Of a stretch of DNA of 64,000 nucleotides, positions 53,701 through 64,000 are shown piece after piece. The notes beneath the pieces were generated by a model. That model ran no database searches and was not told where the DNA came from. It saw only the letters and a list, made by a program, of their open reading frames with translations. Numbering within the stretch: the stretch's first letter is position 1; each line of letters starts with the position of its first letter. The stretch spans positions 8,308,001 through 8,372,000 of the forward strand of contig OZ059896.1 of NCBI GenBank assembly GCA_964057225.1, written 5' to 3'. The position numbers and the translations under genes are program-made. The DNA is from Auanema rhodensis (taxonomy: Eukaryota; Animalia; Nematoda).

Positions 53701-55496
53701 AATAATTTTTATATTTTAGATTCCTCATTCTGATAAATATTGGGGACGTTTTGCATGCTCTTCTATTATTGGTGGAGCATCTGTAGAATTACCTAATAAA
53801 TCTACACCACCCCCTCCTGTTTCGTTGACCGTTTCTACAAAAAATAATTCAATTTATTTATCTTGGAAGAAACCTCCATCTCATAGAGAACCGAGAGATT
53901 ATCAGGTAGTTTTAATTATGAATACTTATCTGAAATATTGTCTATAGGATGATGGAGTTAAAGGATATTTGGTGGAACTTCGAACTCGTTCAGATCGGCA
54001 ATGGAGAAGCTTGCCGCGAGATGTGATATCTAAATCTGAAGCCGAAGGATTTCAGCTTAATTCTTTGATCCCCAATAATGATTATCAGTTCCGAGTTAGA
54101 TCATTAGATTCTACATCTCTTGGAGAGCCTTCAGCTCCAACTGATTGGATTCATACACCACCATCAGCTCCACAGGATCCTATTGAAGATCTTAACTGGA
54201 AAATCATTGATCCCGCTACAATTCTTGTTGAATGGAAACCAATTGAACAGCAGCACAAGTCTGGAGATAACTTACGTTACCGTGTCACTTGGAGCGAATC
54301 TTCGATTGATGATCAATCAACTGAAATATCATCACATGTTATGACGCATCATTTAGGTAAAAAAATTGTTTTTCTACTTCAAATAAACCGACATATTTCA
54401 TACAGATTCTAAGCTTTCTCAAGCAATTGTTCGTCTCAATTCAACGGAAGGTTGTCGAGCAGTTGCATTGGCCGTTCGTCCAATGAACGATGAAGGTCTT
54501 TCATCAACAAGTACGGATACCGTAGCTTTGATAAGCAGTACAGGTTTATTTTAAAGTAGAATAAAATGTTAATATTAGTATTTTCTAGGAAAATTACGAG
54601 CTGTAGATATTCTATCAATTTCTGCACTTAATGGTACTCATATTCATCTTAAATGGCATTGGGTCGGTGAAAATGAATGTCATTCGTCCCATGCTGTTAA
54701 GGTAACTATTTTATTTGAAATTTCATTCTAATTATAATTTCAGATAATTTGCAAGGCCCATAATCATGAAGATCAAACGGTGATGGTAGCTTCACATCTA
54801 TCAGAGTGGACATTAGGAGACTTAGAGCCAGATACTATTTACTCTTGCTCATTAATGCCTTACAACAATAAGGTGAAATTAAATTTAATTTCAATTTCAT
54901 CGAAAAACTTTTTTCAGGGTAATCATGGAGAACAAAGTACTATCAGAAAAATTCAAACAAAGCAATATCCACCATCTGAAGCACCAGAAATTACGAAGCT
55001 ATCTCTCAAACCATTGACTGGTGACAGTGAATATACAACACTATTAGAATGGTCTGCTGTAGAATTGCAACATGGTAATAGTTCGATAGAGACAACAGGT
55101 TATAAGGTGAATATTTACATTTTTCATATAATTAGTATAATAATAATATTTACAGATATATATCTACATTTCTGAAACAGCTTCCGAAGCAGTTGTGCTG
55201 TCTATGCCTAATGAGCGGTTAACAAATCCAGAAAAACCATCAGCACGACTTGATGGTTTACGATTAATGTATATGTATACTATACAGGTTAGTAATCTCA
55301 TCTTTATTTATTATATTGAATGAATTTCAACATATACTTTCAGGTAGCTGCTTATAACGAAGGCGGAATCGGACCTTTGAGTGCACCAAAAACAATTAGG
55401 TTAGGTACATCCTCAACATTGGATTCCAGTTCTTCTTTATCTAGTTTATATATTACTTTGCTAACCGTTGTCATTACAAGATTAATTATTGTTTAA
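41296..55496 (+). CDS. rig-6: Contactin (GPI-anchored Ig/FN3 neuronal adhesion protein with N-terminal C-type lectin-like domain)
   Basis: Signal-peptide exon 41296-41350 (MNWPVLILSFIHLSSCFS). Lectin-like exons from 42987 (CPLGW...WCVKV...AQKVCELEGGQL). Ig domains (IPCAVEANPAATITWYKN; IECFAYGNPVPTYKW...DSGKYRCTA; DSGIYEC; DEGLFFC). FN3 repeats (LIPNNDYQFRVRS; LEPDTIYSC; YTIQVAAYNEGGIGPLS). Ser-rich plus hydrophobic C-terminus (GPI signal) ending TAA at 55496. Large intron ~44698-52037. Confidence 0.93.
47678..47718. repeat. (AG)n microsatellite in the rig-6 large intron
   Basis: About 20 perfect AG units. Confidence 0.95.
51070..51500. repeat. CA/CACT-rich low-complexity tract ending in a degenerate ~60-bp tandem repeat
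   Basis: CACTCA and (CA)n runs at 51070-51290; ACTCGCAC at 51361, 51421 and 51483. Confidence 0.75.
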
Positions 55497-56153
55497 ATTC
55501 TAGAATTTAAACAAAGATTTATCTGTAAATCATATGCCGACCGGTTCGGGTGTTAGTCACCGTTGTTTTGCTCAGTCTTAGTACTTTGTTAATCTTTCAT
55601 GTTTTTTTTTCCTGAAGCTCTTCCAACTTCACTTATACACACAATTTTAAATATTATATAATTGTATAATTATTCAAATATTTCATTTGTTTATTTACTC
55701 ATTGTGTGTGTTTTTGATTGTCAATAGCTGCCAAACTTACCCATCTCATCATTGCATTGCTTCAAACCGGTGCCATAGCATTTCATAATTTTTCCTTCTA
55801 AATATGACACAGATTATATTGTTATTATAATAATTATTATAAAAGTTTTAAAATATTATATATATCAAGTAGTACAAACAAGGAAAAGAAAACGAAAAAT
55901 GGAATTTCAAATATTTCATCTAAAAAGGCTTAAAAAGTTTTAAACTTGTAAGGCACCCTCCAACAGAAGAGATAAATTCTTGATTTTGGGATCAGAACTT
56001 GGATAAAAAAAAGTTGAAGCATACGCCACAAAAAGCTGACGATGGTTCCGATCCAAGTACTCAGCGACCCGAAATCTTGGCTTGTGATCACTGACTGGGT
56101 TACAGCTCATTTTCATTCATTGTTATCCTTATAACAAAAAATTAAAAAACTGA

Positions 56154-56159
56154 TTTATT
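56154..56159 (-). terminator. Candidate poly(A) signal of acc-1
   Basis: Minus-strand AATAAA ~140 nt after the stop codon. Confidence 0.5.
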
Positions 56160-56300
56160 CATACTTATCTTTACTCATCTATACAGATTTTCATATAAAG
56201 ACACTATTGAGTTGAAATATAGCACTTCAACCTCATATTCATATACATATAATATATAAAATATTATTAAAATTGTTTTTGAAATATAATTTCTATCATC

Positions 56301-58662
56301 TTATACAGGTGAAGGGTCATCTTCTATAGCAGCTGAAAGACTTGATAAATAATATCCCCAATATCTAAACATAATAGTTTAACTTAAATTTTAAAATCTC
56401 TATCTCACATGATATTGAATAAGCAGTACGAGGTCGGAAATAGAATAGCACTAGAATTTAGTATATATTAGTAAAATTATATGATAGTATGATGATACCT
56501 ATAAAAATCTACAGTTTCCGGTCTTAATGGTCCTAATGCTCTCCATTTTGTTTTAATTGTAGACCAAATGCCGTTACGACGTCGTCGTCTTGGTACTGGA
56601 TACGGAACCTCAACTTCCATAGTTGAGGAAGTTTCTGGGACTGGCGGAGTAATCTCCTAAATGTTTATTTTGTTGAAAATTCTATCAAAATCATTGTTTG
56701 AATGCTTCATACCGGCTGAGAATTTCTTAAGGAATGAATCCGTTTGTCTACCCAAAACTAAAAAATGTTCGTATGAATAACTTCAGTTTTACATGAAATA
56801 CCTGACGTAACTCCATGTGCGGACTTGTTTGTATTCCTTTCCAGGAAAACTCTTCATCATCTTCTTCTTCACGAATTCTTCTTTTCTTTGTTTTAGGTGG
56901 TAGACCATCATTTCGAGACATAAAGCCGACAACAGCCAATTCCAAAAGAGACAGAAAAATGAATAACATTCCACTAAAAGTCATTCATATTTTAATAGAT
57001 CGTAGAATACAAAAATCAAATTGTTACCTTAACATCCAAACATCTATAGCTTTTACATATGAGACCCGCGGAAGATTTCTGATAATATTTCCAAATTGAA
57101 AAGTCATAGCTAATAATGAATTAACTCCAAGCATAGTTCGTGCTGGGATGGCCCTAAATATTTCTTTATAAAAACTATTTTTATTTAAATATAACCTTGG
57201 ACCAAGATAAAATGAAATCCAGGAAATCACTATAGTGACCATAGTTGGAATGTAACCCTGAAGTATGTACCATCCATAACGACGCTTGAACACAAATGCA
57301 ACAGTGAGTTCGTCCCACCATCCAGCCGGATACATCTGAAAGCATATGTTGCACAGTGCAGAAAGCTTCAAATAGTCACATACCTGTTCAACAGCTATTA
57401 CACTAAAGTTTACCATTTCAAAATCTGGTAACTGAATGGTTTTTAAAAGCATTACAGGATATGGCTGATTCCATTGCATTCGAACTTCACCCGTATTGTA
57501 ATTATAACTAAAGTTATTAGTATTTCAATAGATAATCGTCAGAAGCTTACGATTCGAATGTTAAAAAACATTTTTGTTTGTCGAATGGAAATCGTTTAAG
57601 ATTCATATCACAGGGCCCTGTTAGCTTCATTCTATAGTTTGTCCAAAGAGTTCCATTAGAAAATACCATTAAGAATACATTTCTATAGAGCATTATTTGG
57701 ATTTCAATACAATATATTTCATATAATAACCTGAATGGCGATTCGTGGATAGCTGCATTTTTCGAATTAATGAAACAAGTATTTGGAATCCATAATTTTT
57801 GAAGAACTTTATCATCGAAAGAAATATTTGATTTACATGGATTCATGTAATCGAACACCAGAGCAGGGTCTTCCCAAAATTCATTAATATACAAATCTGT
57901 AAAAGGAAATTTATTTCAAAATATTGTTTTTATTTATTTATTTATGCTCATATTTATATTCCTAGTACAAAATTTTTTATAGCTTTCAATTGAAAAACTT
58001 GAAATATTTTCAAATTTTATCGTAAGCACGAGTTTTGCAAAAAAAAAAACTTTAAAAAACATATACTGATAAAGAGAGAAAAATATAGAAGAGATCAGAA
58101 AAAAACTAGTAAAAAGAAGAGAGAGAAGGAGGTGAAAGATAGAGAAAAAGATTGCATGCTGTTTATGTAAACCAAAAGTTGAATTTGGTGACCCCGAAGT
58201 TGATTGAGGAAGAGAGACAAGAAATTGAATTCGATGAGCAAATGATAGTTGTTGAAATAGTGTGAAGACGTTTGAGATCTTACTCACATCGGCCAGTTTC
58301 CGAAAAGGCAAAAAACAGAAAAGCAGAAATTGTTTTGAAATTTAGAATTGCATACAGATAGTATAGAAGGAATAAAAAAAGCAAACCTATTTCAAAGTCT
58401 TGAGTTAGTTCAGAAACTGCTGTAACTTCTTGAACCCACATATCTACACGAACTTGTGTAGGATGGGATGGAAGATAATGCTGAATATATGACCATAGCA
58501 TGTGTTAAGAATAGACATATTTACCTTATTATATGTATCCTTGAGCAAACTGTTTATAATATCAGTATCATTAGCACAATTGATATCTGGTCTACCATGG
58601 CCACCATATGATGACAATAATTCTGTCAGTAATGAAACCATCACCCAACCAGGATGGCTCAT
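56301..58662 (-). CDS. acc-1: Acetylcholine-gated chloride channel subunit (Cys-loop LGIC)
   Basis: Spliced protein begins [17 protein letters not shown]...[38 protein letters not shown]. Cys-loop [24 protein letters not shown], anion-selective AIPART before M2, and M4 [23 protein letters not shown]. All introns GT-AG and in phase. Closely matches recalled C. elegans ACC-1. Confidence 0.93.
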
Positions 58663-61131
58663 CTGAAAAAAAAAAGAAATGAAAGTATCCGTTAAACATT
58701 TTTTTTTTTGAATTTAATGGAATGGTTGAACATACATTTCAAAAATTTTATTGAATTGTGAGAGTATATTCTATTCTCACTTAACCTAATCCCTATTCCA
58801 CTTAAAGGTCGAAAAAAAGTTTTTTTTTCAGGAATGCATTAATCTAGGATTCGATACGAAGGAGTAGAAATTTTAAGTGAAAAAAAAACAAAAAAATAAT
58901 GAACAAAATGGAGAACTGGGAAAGCTTCTATAAATACTTCAAAACTTACCCAAAACGATGTCTTCATTATGTTTTAGATAGTATAAAATAAAAAAAGTAT
59001 ATTTAACTCAAACACATCAACATATTACATTGATGGTTCGACTTGTGTAGTCGCCTTGTGAACTATTATGGATGTTAGAGTTGAATGAAGCAAAAGATAG
59101 AAGAGAAGCGAAATCAGAGCAAGCCAACTCGACAATTGGGTTACGACGATTGAACACTTCATAACAGCTCCGACTTCAAGTCTTTTAACGAAAACGGACT
59201 ATTAAGAATAAAAATATATACATTGATATATTTAATAGTTAAATATCAATTATGACACTAATATTAATTTGAGCGAGAGAATAAATTTTTTTTAAATTAA
59301 TCAGAATCGTTTTTTTCTTTTTATTTTGGAGAACAAACATTTCATTTTGCCTATATTCTTATGCATGTATCTATATGTATTTGTTTTTTTAACATAAAAA
59401 TCTAATATATAATTTAGTCTACCTTTCAAAATATTTGATTCTTGATGTTACCAACTCCTGCTAACTGATCATATTATCTGAAGAACACAAAAATATACAT
59501 AAACATAATAACGGTTCAAACATAGTTATAAAAAATTTTAAAAACAAATTATTTGAAATAGTTTAGATAAAGATAGTTTTTTAGAAATTATCAAAGAATA
59601 GAAGAGAGAACAGCTACATTCCAATATGTCAAAATTTATTAGAAAATCGACGACATTTATCATTTTAGGGACATCTTTAGCTTCAATATAGACGAGACAA
59701 AAGAATATTCGGAACTTTTTTTTCTATTTTTTCTTTTAAAACTAGGGCAGCAAAAGTTGTAGAACATGAGCCAGTGAGCTAATATACTAAAACTTCAATA
59801 AAACTTTTACAGAAAAATTAAATAATTTTCTAAAAAGAAAATAATGAATTACAATTTATTACAATCAATCTGAATATTTTTAGTTGAAAAGAAATTTAAA
59901 ACCTCTTATGGTTTAATGTGTTTAACACGAATATTCAGTAACACTTTGTACAGAAGATAAATAATATCCGTGAGAAATAGTTTAAGATATTTTTGAAGTA
60001 ATAGAATAAATTTAACAAAAATTCAAATATGTTAAATGGTCTTTGTGAAACAGAGAGTATAGTACATGTACTGCTTCAATGTATATTCATCAAAAACGAG
60101 AAGAAGATTCACGTTAGTTTAGGTAGAAGTATTCAACCGAAATATTATGACGAAAAAAAATTTTTTTTCAAATTAATTAATTTTCTTAAACTGATTTATA
60201 AAATCAAATAATTGTTTAAAAAAACATTTCGCTGATCTTCACCACTGTTGAGAGATATACTATAATAATCACTTGAATTGTTTAAGCAACTGGAACTTGA
60301 GTTAGAAAAAATAAAAATACTCTACGAAAGGCGAGGTCAGATTGTAGTAGATCTTGCCGTGTGTAGGGAGCAAAGCGAAAAGCAGCAAAGTGTCTGTCAG
60401 CCATTCCTGCCTCTTCTTCTGTCGTCTAACTCAATAATATACGTGGGTCTATGAATATGCATCAGATGCTTCGAATCTGGACTTCTTTTCTTCGTCATCC
60501 AAATCGGGTTATACATAGTAGAAAGTCTCTCATCTCTGCATAAAAGTATTAACGACATGCTTTCCAATCTAATTGAACTTCAATCTCTATTTCATAATAT
60601 AAAACGAAATACTTGAGGAAAAATGAAACGGAACATTAGCTATTGAGACTACAAAGAATAATATTTAGCTACATAGATATATCACATAATTTAGGAAAAA
60701 ATTTATATTATAATCTAAGCTCAGTCTCCGAGGAATTTTGATTTACTAGTGGTTTTTTTAGGATAAATAGCGATACAAGTGGTATACTTGTATCAAGAGT
60801 TTAAGGCAAAAATACCAAAAAGAAAAAGCTTCAGTATGCTCAATAACACACCAGCCTTATACAAAAAGTCGAAATAATAATCTTTTTAACCCTGCTAGTT
60901 AGACGAAGAGAACACGACAAGATGAGGGCAAACGTAATTTGGTCACCGCTAACGCTAAAAGGTAACGGCGCCCTGCAGAAAAATTATAATAAGCAAGAAA
61001 AATCATAATAAAATCTTTTATTTCAAACATTTTAAACAAAACCAAATAGTTATAGCAATTTTAAAATTCAAATTCCAACAGACCCGCATGCCACAAAAAA
61101 AAAACAACAACTAACATTCGAAGCTTATATA

Positions 61132-61699
61132 TTAAGATGATTCAACAACTGTAGCAGGTGGGTCAGACAGACTTAGAGTTTCCATTTTAATGAATATGTC
61201 AGGATCGTAAATAACCCTAATTATTAGTGAGCAGCTAGGACAAGTAGCAACATCTTCTCCCATTTCTAACATTTCCCTGAAACAAAAAGTAAAATGACCA
61301 AAAATACCTTGAAATCTTAATCCTAATACATCAAATGTTTAAAACTTTATTTTTGGATAGTTCGGGCCGATCGGGTTATTATACTTTCAAAGATACTTAT
61401 TAGTTATTATAGAAAACAAGTCTTGTTTTAATTAGAATATATTTCTAAAATGTCTATAAAATAAAATAAAATTCGTGAATACGGGGCAAAAAAGGTTATT
61501 TCTAGCATTTAATTTATCTTCATTGCTTCTAGCTATATTTATGCAAATTAGATATATATTAAGAAATCGTTTATGATTTTATAGTTACTCACTTCGTAAT
61601 TTCGAAGCGATCGCCACAAGGACATGGATAATGATAAAGCTCATTTTCATCGTCAAATTCAAAGTCTTCTATTTCAACCTCATCATGAAAAACAGCCAT
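61132..61699 (-). CDS. dph-3: Diphthamide biosynthesis protein 3 (DPH3/KTI11, CSL zinc finger), 83 aa, 2 exons
   Basis: Exons 61699-61593 and 61276-61132 give [87 protein letters not shown] and CPSCSL motifs are diagnostic. Missed by the ORF track. AATAAA (minus) at 61017-61022. Confidence 0.96.
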
Positions 61700-62032
61700 T
61701 CTTAACTGAAAAGTAGTAGAGAAAAATAATTATTTAAAATGAAACTTTAATTTAATTTAAAAACTTAAAAAACTGAAAAAACTTTAAAAAAAAACAACAA
61801 TGAGGGCGTGACATATAACCGTGCACTATACGTGAAAATAACTGCGCGCTCGTTGCAAAACTTGCGAAGTTTAAAAAATATATACGTTTGAAAGCATTTA
61901 AATCTGGATCAGGTGCAAACAGTTGTTTTACTTAAATGAAGCGTAAATAGTTAACCATTATTCAACGTAATATTGATAATCCTCACCGTTTTATTCTTGT
62001 TATTATGTTATTCATATATATTATTATTGTAG
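61700..62032. promoter_or_regulatory. Compact bidirectional promoter between dph-3 and dcaf-1
   Basis: Start codons are 333 bp apart head-to-head. A CpG-containing core (GCGCGCTCGTTGCAA ~61844-61858) is flanked by A/T tracts. Probable trans-splice acceptors sit next to both ATGs (TTTTCAG 6 nt before the dph-3 ATG; TTGTAG immediately before the dcaf-1 ATG). Confidence 0.75.
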
Positions 62033-64000
62033 ATGGCGGACGAAGTTTTATTTGATCCGGATGATTATGTATATTGCGCCAGGAGTACAGCTACTAGACA
62101 ACCTGCTCCTACAAATACAAGTGTAAAACTTCAATTATTGGAAGAACTCCAGGACACATTAAACATATGGAATAATCTTCATAGTCAGCCTGCCTTTGAT
62201 CCAATTCCAACACTTGAAAAGTAAGAATGCCATACTAATAAAATACAGACTAAATATCACCTTTTAAGGATGGCCACAATGCTTGAAGATGCCATTGACG
62301 ACTTTTTGAAACAGGATCCTGATCCTTTGGATGACCGTCATCCAAATAGAACACATCCACAGTCAGCTTTTGGTACTCTACTGAAAGTACTTTTTAGAAA
62401 TGATATTTTTATGAATAAGGTATATACGTGATTTCTCAACTAAATTTTGTTTTCCATTATCTTCAGCTAATAATTTCTTATTTACTCGGACGTGATCAAC
62501 CAGAGCTTAGTGTTGCTGCCGCTAGATTATTATTAAATTGTGTTCCTGGTTTAGATTCCGCTGTTATTTTTTCGGTATCTCGACAAATTATTCGAAATTT
62601 AATTGTAAATATTCAGGAACCAGAAGATTTTGTTCCCCAATTATATCATTGGGCAGCTCACAGCGATAATGAAATGTTGCAAGCATATTCTATGGGATTA
62701 TTATCTGCTGCAGTTGAAGTTCAAGATAACGCCTCGAAACATCGAGCGTTAAATGCTCAACTGATCCCGGTTGCTTTGAGAAGATTGAATACATTAAGAG
62801 TAAGGTTTAATGCAATTTTATTTATGTATTAATGTCATAATAGGAGAGATTAGAACAAGAAAGAAGCCAAGCTAGTATCGGTCCGCCTGCAGATAAACAA
62901 ATAGGTTCTCCTCCAGGTCCATTTGCTAATATGAAAATGGATGACGAACCTTTGTGTCGAAGCAATTCTGTAACTTTCTTTATTAAAATAAATTTATTAC
63001 ATTTAATATTCATATCTAGGCTGAGCTTCCAGAAAACTCTAGGAAACTCACAGCTATACTTCCAAAACGGTCAGATAGTGTGAATTCTTATCGTAATGTG
63101 TTTGGAGGTATGTGAATTTTACCCTTATTTGTTATTTTTCTTAAAATCTTACTAATTTTGCTTTTCAATATACTAGTTCACTTTTTTACAGATTCCTTTC
63201 AACCTATGAGAATAAGGCCAACCGCTTCTACAACCGAATCCATCTCTTCACCACCCCGTAAAAAGAAAAAAAATGTAAACTACTCCTTATATAAGAAAAA
63301 ATATTTTAATTTTAGAGTCCTGTAAATTTGCCTCCTAATAATTCATTTGGATCTTTGCAAGATTTAGAAAATAGTTCGAGTAGATGGGACTTAGTTCAAC
63401 CATACGTTATAGGAAATCATAAGGTAATTTTATATCTTGCTGATTATGTTTAAATTTTTTTAATTGCAACAGGTTTTTCCTTTAACAACTGAAATGCATT
63501 TGAGATTAATTCTACAATTTTTGGCTCCTACTGGAGAGTATCAGGATGTATGTGATTTTTTGTTATTTTTTTTATTTTTTCAATATAGTTGCTAAGCCTG
63601 GCCTATGAAGGACAAGCTCTTGATCAGATTCTTTATTACATTGACTTACAAACTACAAAAGATGTTAGGCTTACTTTCGACGCTCTCAGGGTTAGTTTCC
63701 GATGTTTTAATAATGTGATCAATTTTTGTTTAGTATCTCACTTCCTTACTGGTACATAGAAAATTCGCTTTGGAATTTGTTGCGCGTGGTGGCGTTCTAG
63801 CTTTATTGAAAGTTCCAAGGGCATGTATGGCTTCTGTTGGAGTTTCGACTTGCATGTATTATTTGTCTTATAATGAAGATGTTATGGAAAAAGTTTGCCA
63901 GCTTGGAGATAAAATACTAGATAATATAGTAGAGTGGGGAACATGTAAAAATCTATGTTACATTTTTTTTTCTTTCTAGATATTGTTTATGGTGTTTAGA
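62033..64000 (+). CDS. dcaf-1: DCAF1/VprBP (CRL4 substrate receptor), 5' portion; gene continues beyond the window
   Basis: Spliced N-terminus with [85 protein letters not shown], typical of the DCAF1 N-terminal/ARM-like region. PPRKKKK is a possible NLS. Confidence 0.92.

Noticed and set aside
55949-55956. TAAGGCAC, identical to the miR-124 5' end
   Set aside because: The remainder does not match miR-124 and there is no hairpin; at most a target site on the minus strand beyond the likely acc-1 poly(A) signal.
56815-58311. ORFs 56815-57099(+) and 57934-58311(-)
   Set aside because: The first is an antisense shadow of acc-1 exons; the second is low-complexity acc-1 intron sequence.

Overview
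This is very AT-rich eukaryotic DNA from a nematode, probably clade V (rhabditid/strongylid) given its close similarity to C. elegans proteins. It has ~45-50 nt introns, TTTCAG acceptors and many microsatellites; most entries in the ORF track are spurious low-complexity ORFs. Six spliced genes were reconstructed by hand: (1) a rhodopsin-family FRPR-like GPCR (+, 11383-13330, possible alternative first exon at 7330-7361); (2) a convergent frpr-10-like GPCR (-, 14219-16987); (3) after a ~24 kb gene-free interval, the contactin rig-6 (+, 41296-55496; signal peptide, C-type lectin-like domain, Ig and FN3 repeats, GPI signal, 7.3 kb intron); (4) the acetylcholine-gated chloride channel acc-1 (-, 56301-58662); (5) dph-3 (-, 61132-61699); (6) head-to-head with it, dcaf-1/VprBP (+, from 62033, running off the window end). 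No prokaryotic, CRISPR, rRNA, tRNA or transposase features were found. The best leads are the tail-to-tail pair of atypical GPCRs with complementary losses of class A activation motifs, candidate alternative N-terminal exons, a probable GC-AG intron, a start-overlapping uORF in rig-6, candidate structured ncRNAs, a perfect 22-bp palindrome, and motif clusters in the gene desert and rig-6 introns. Gene names rest on recall of C. elegans proteins, not on a database search.
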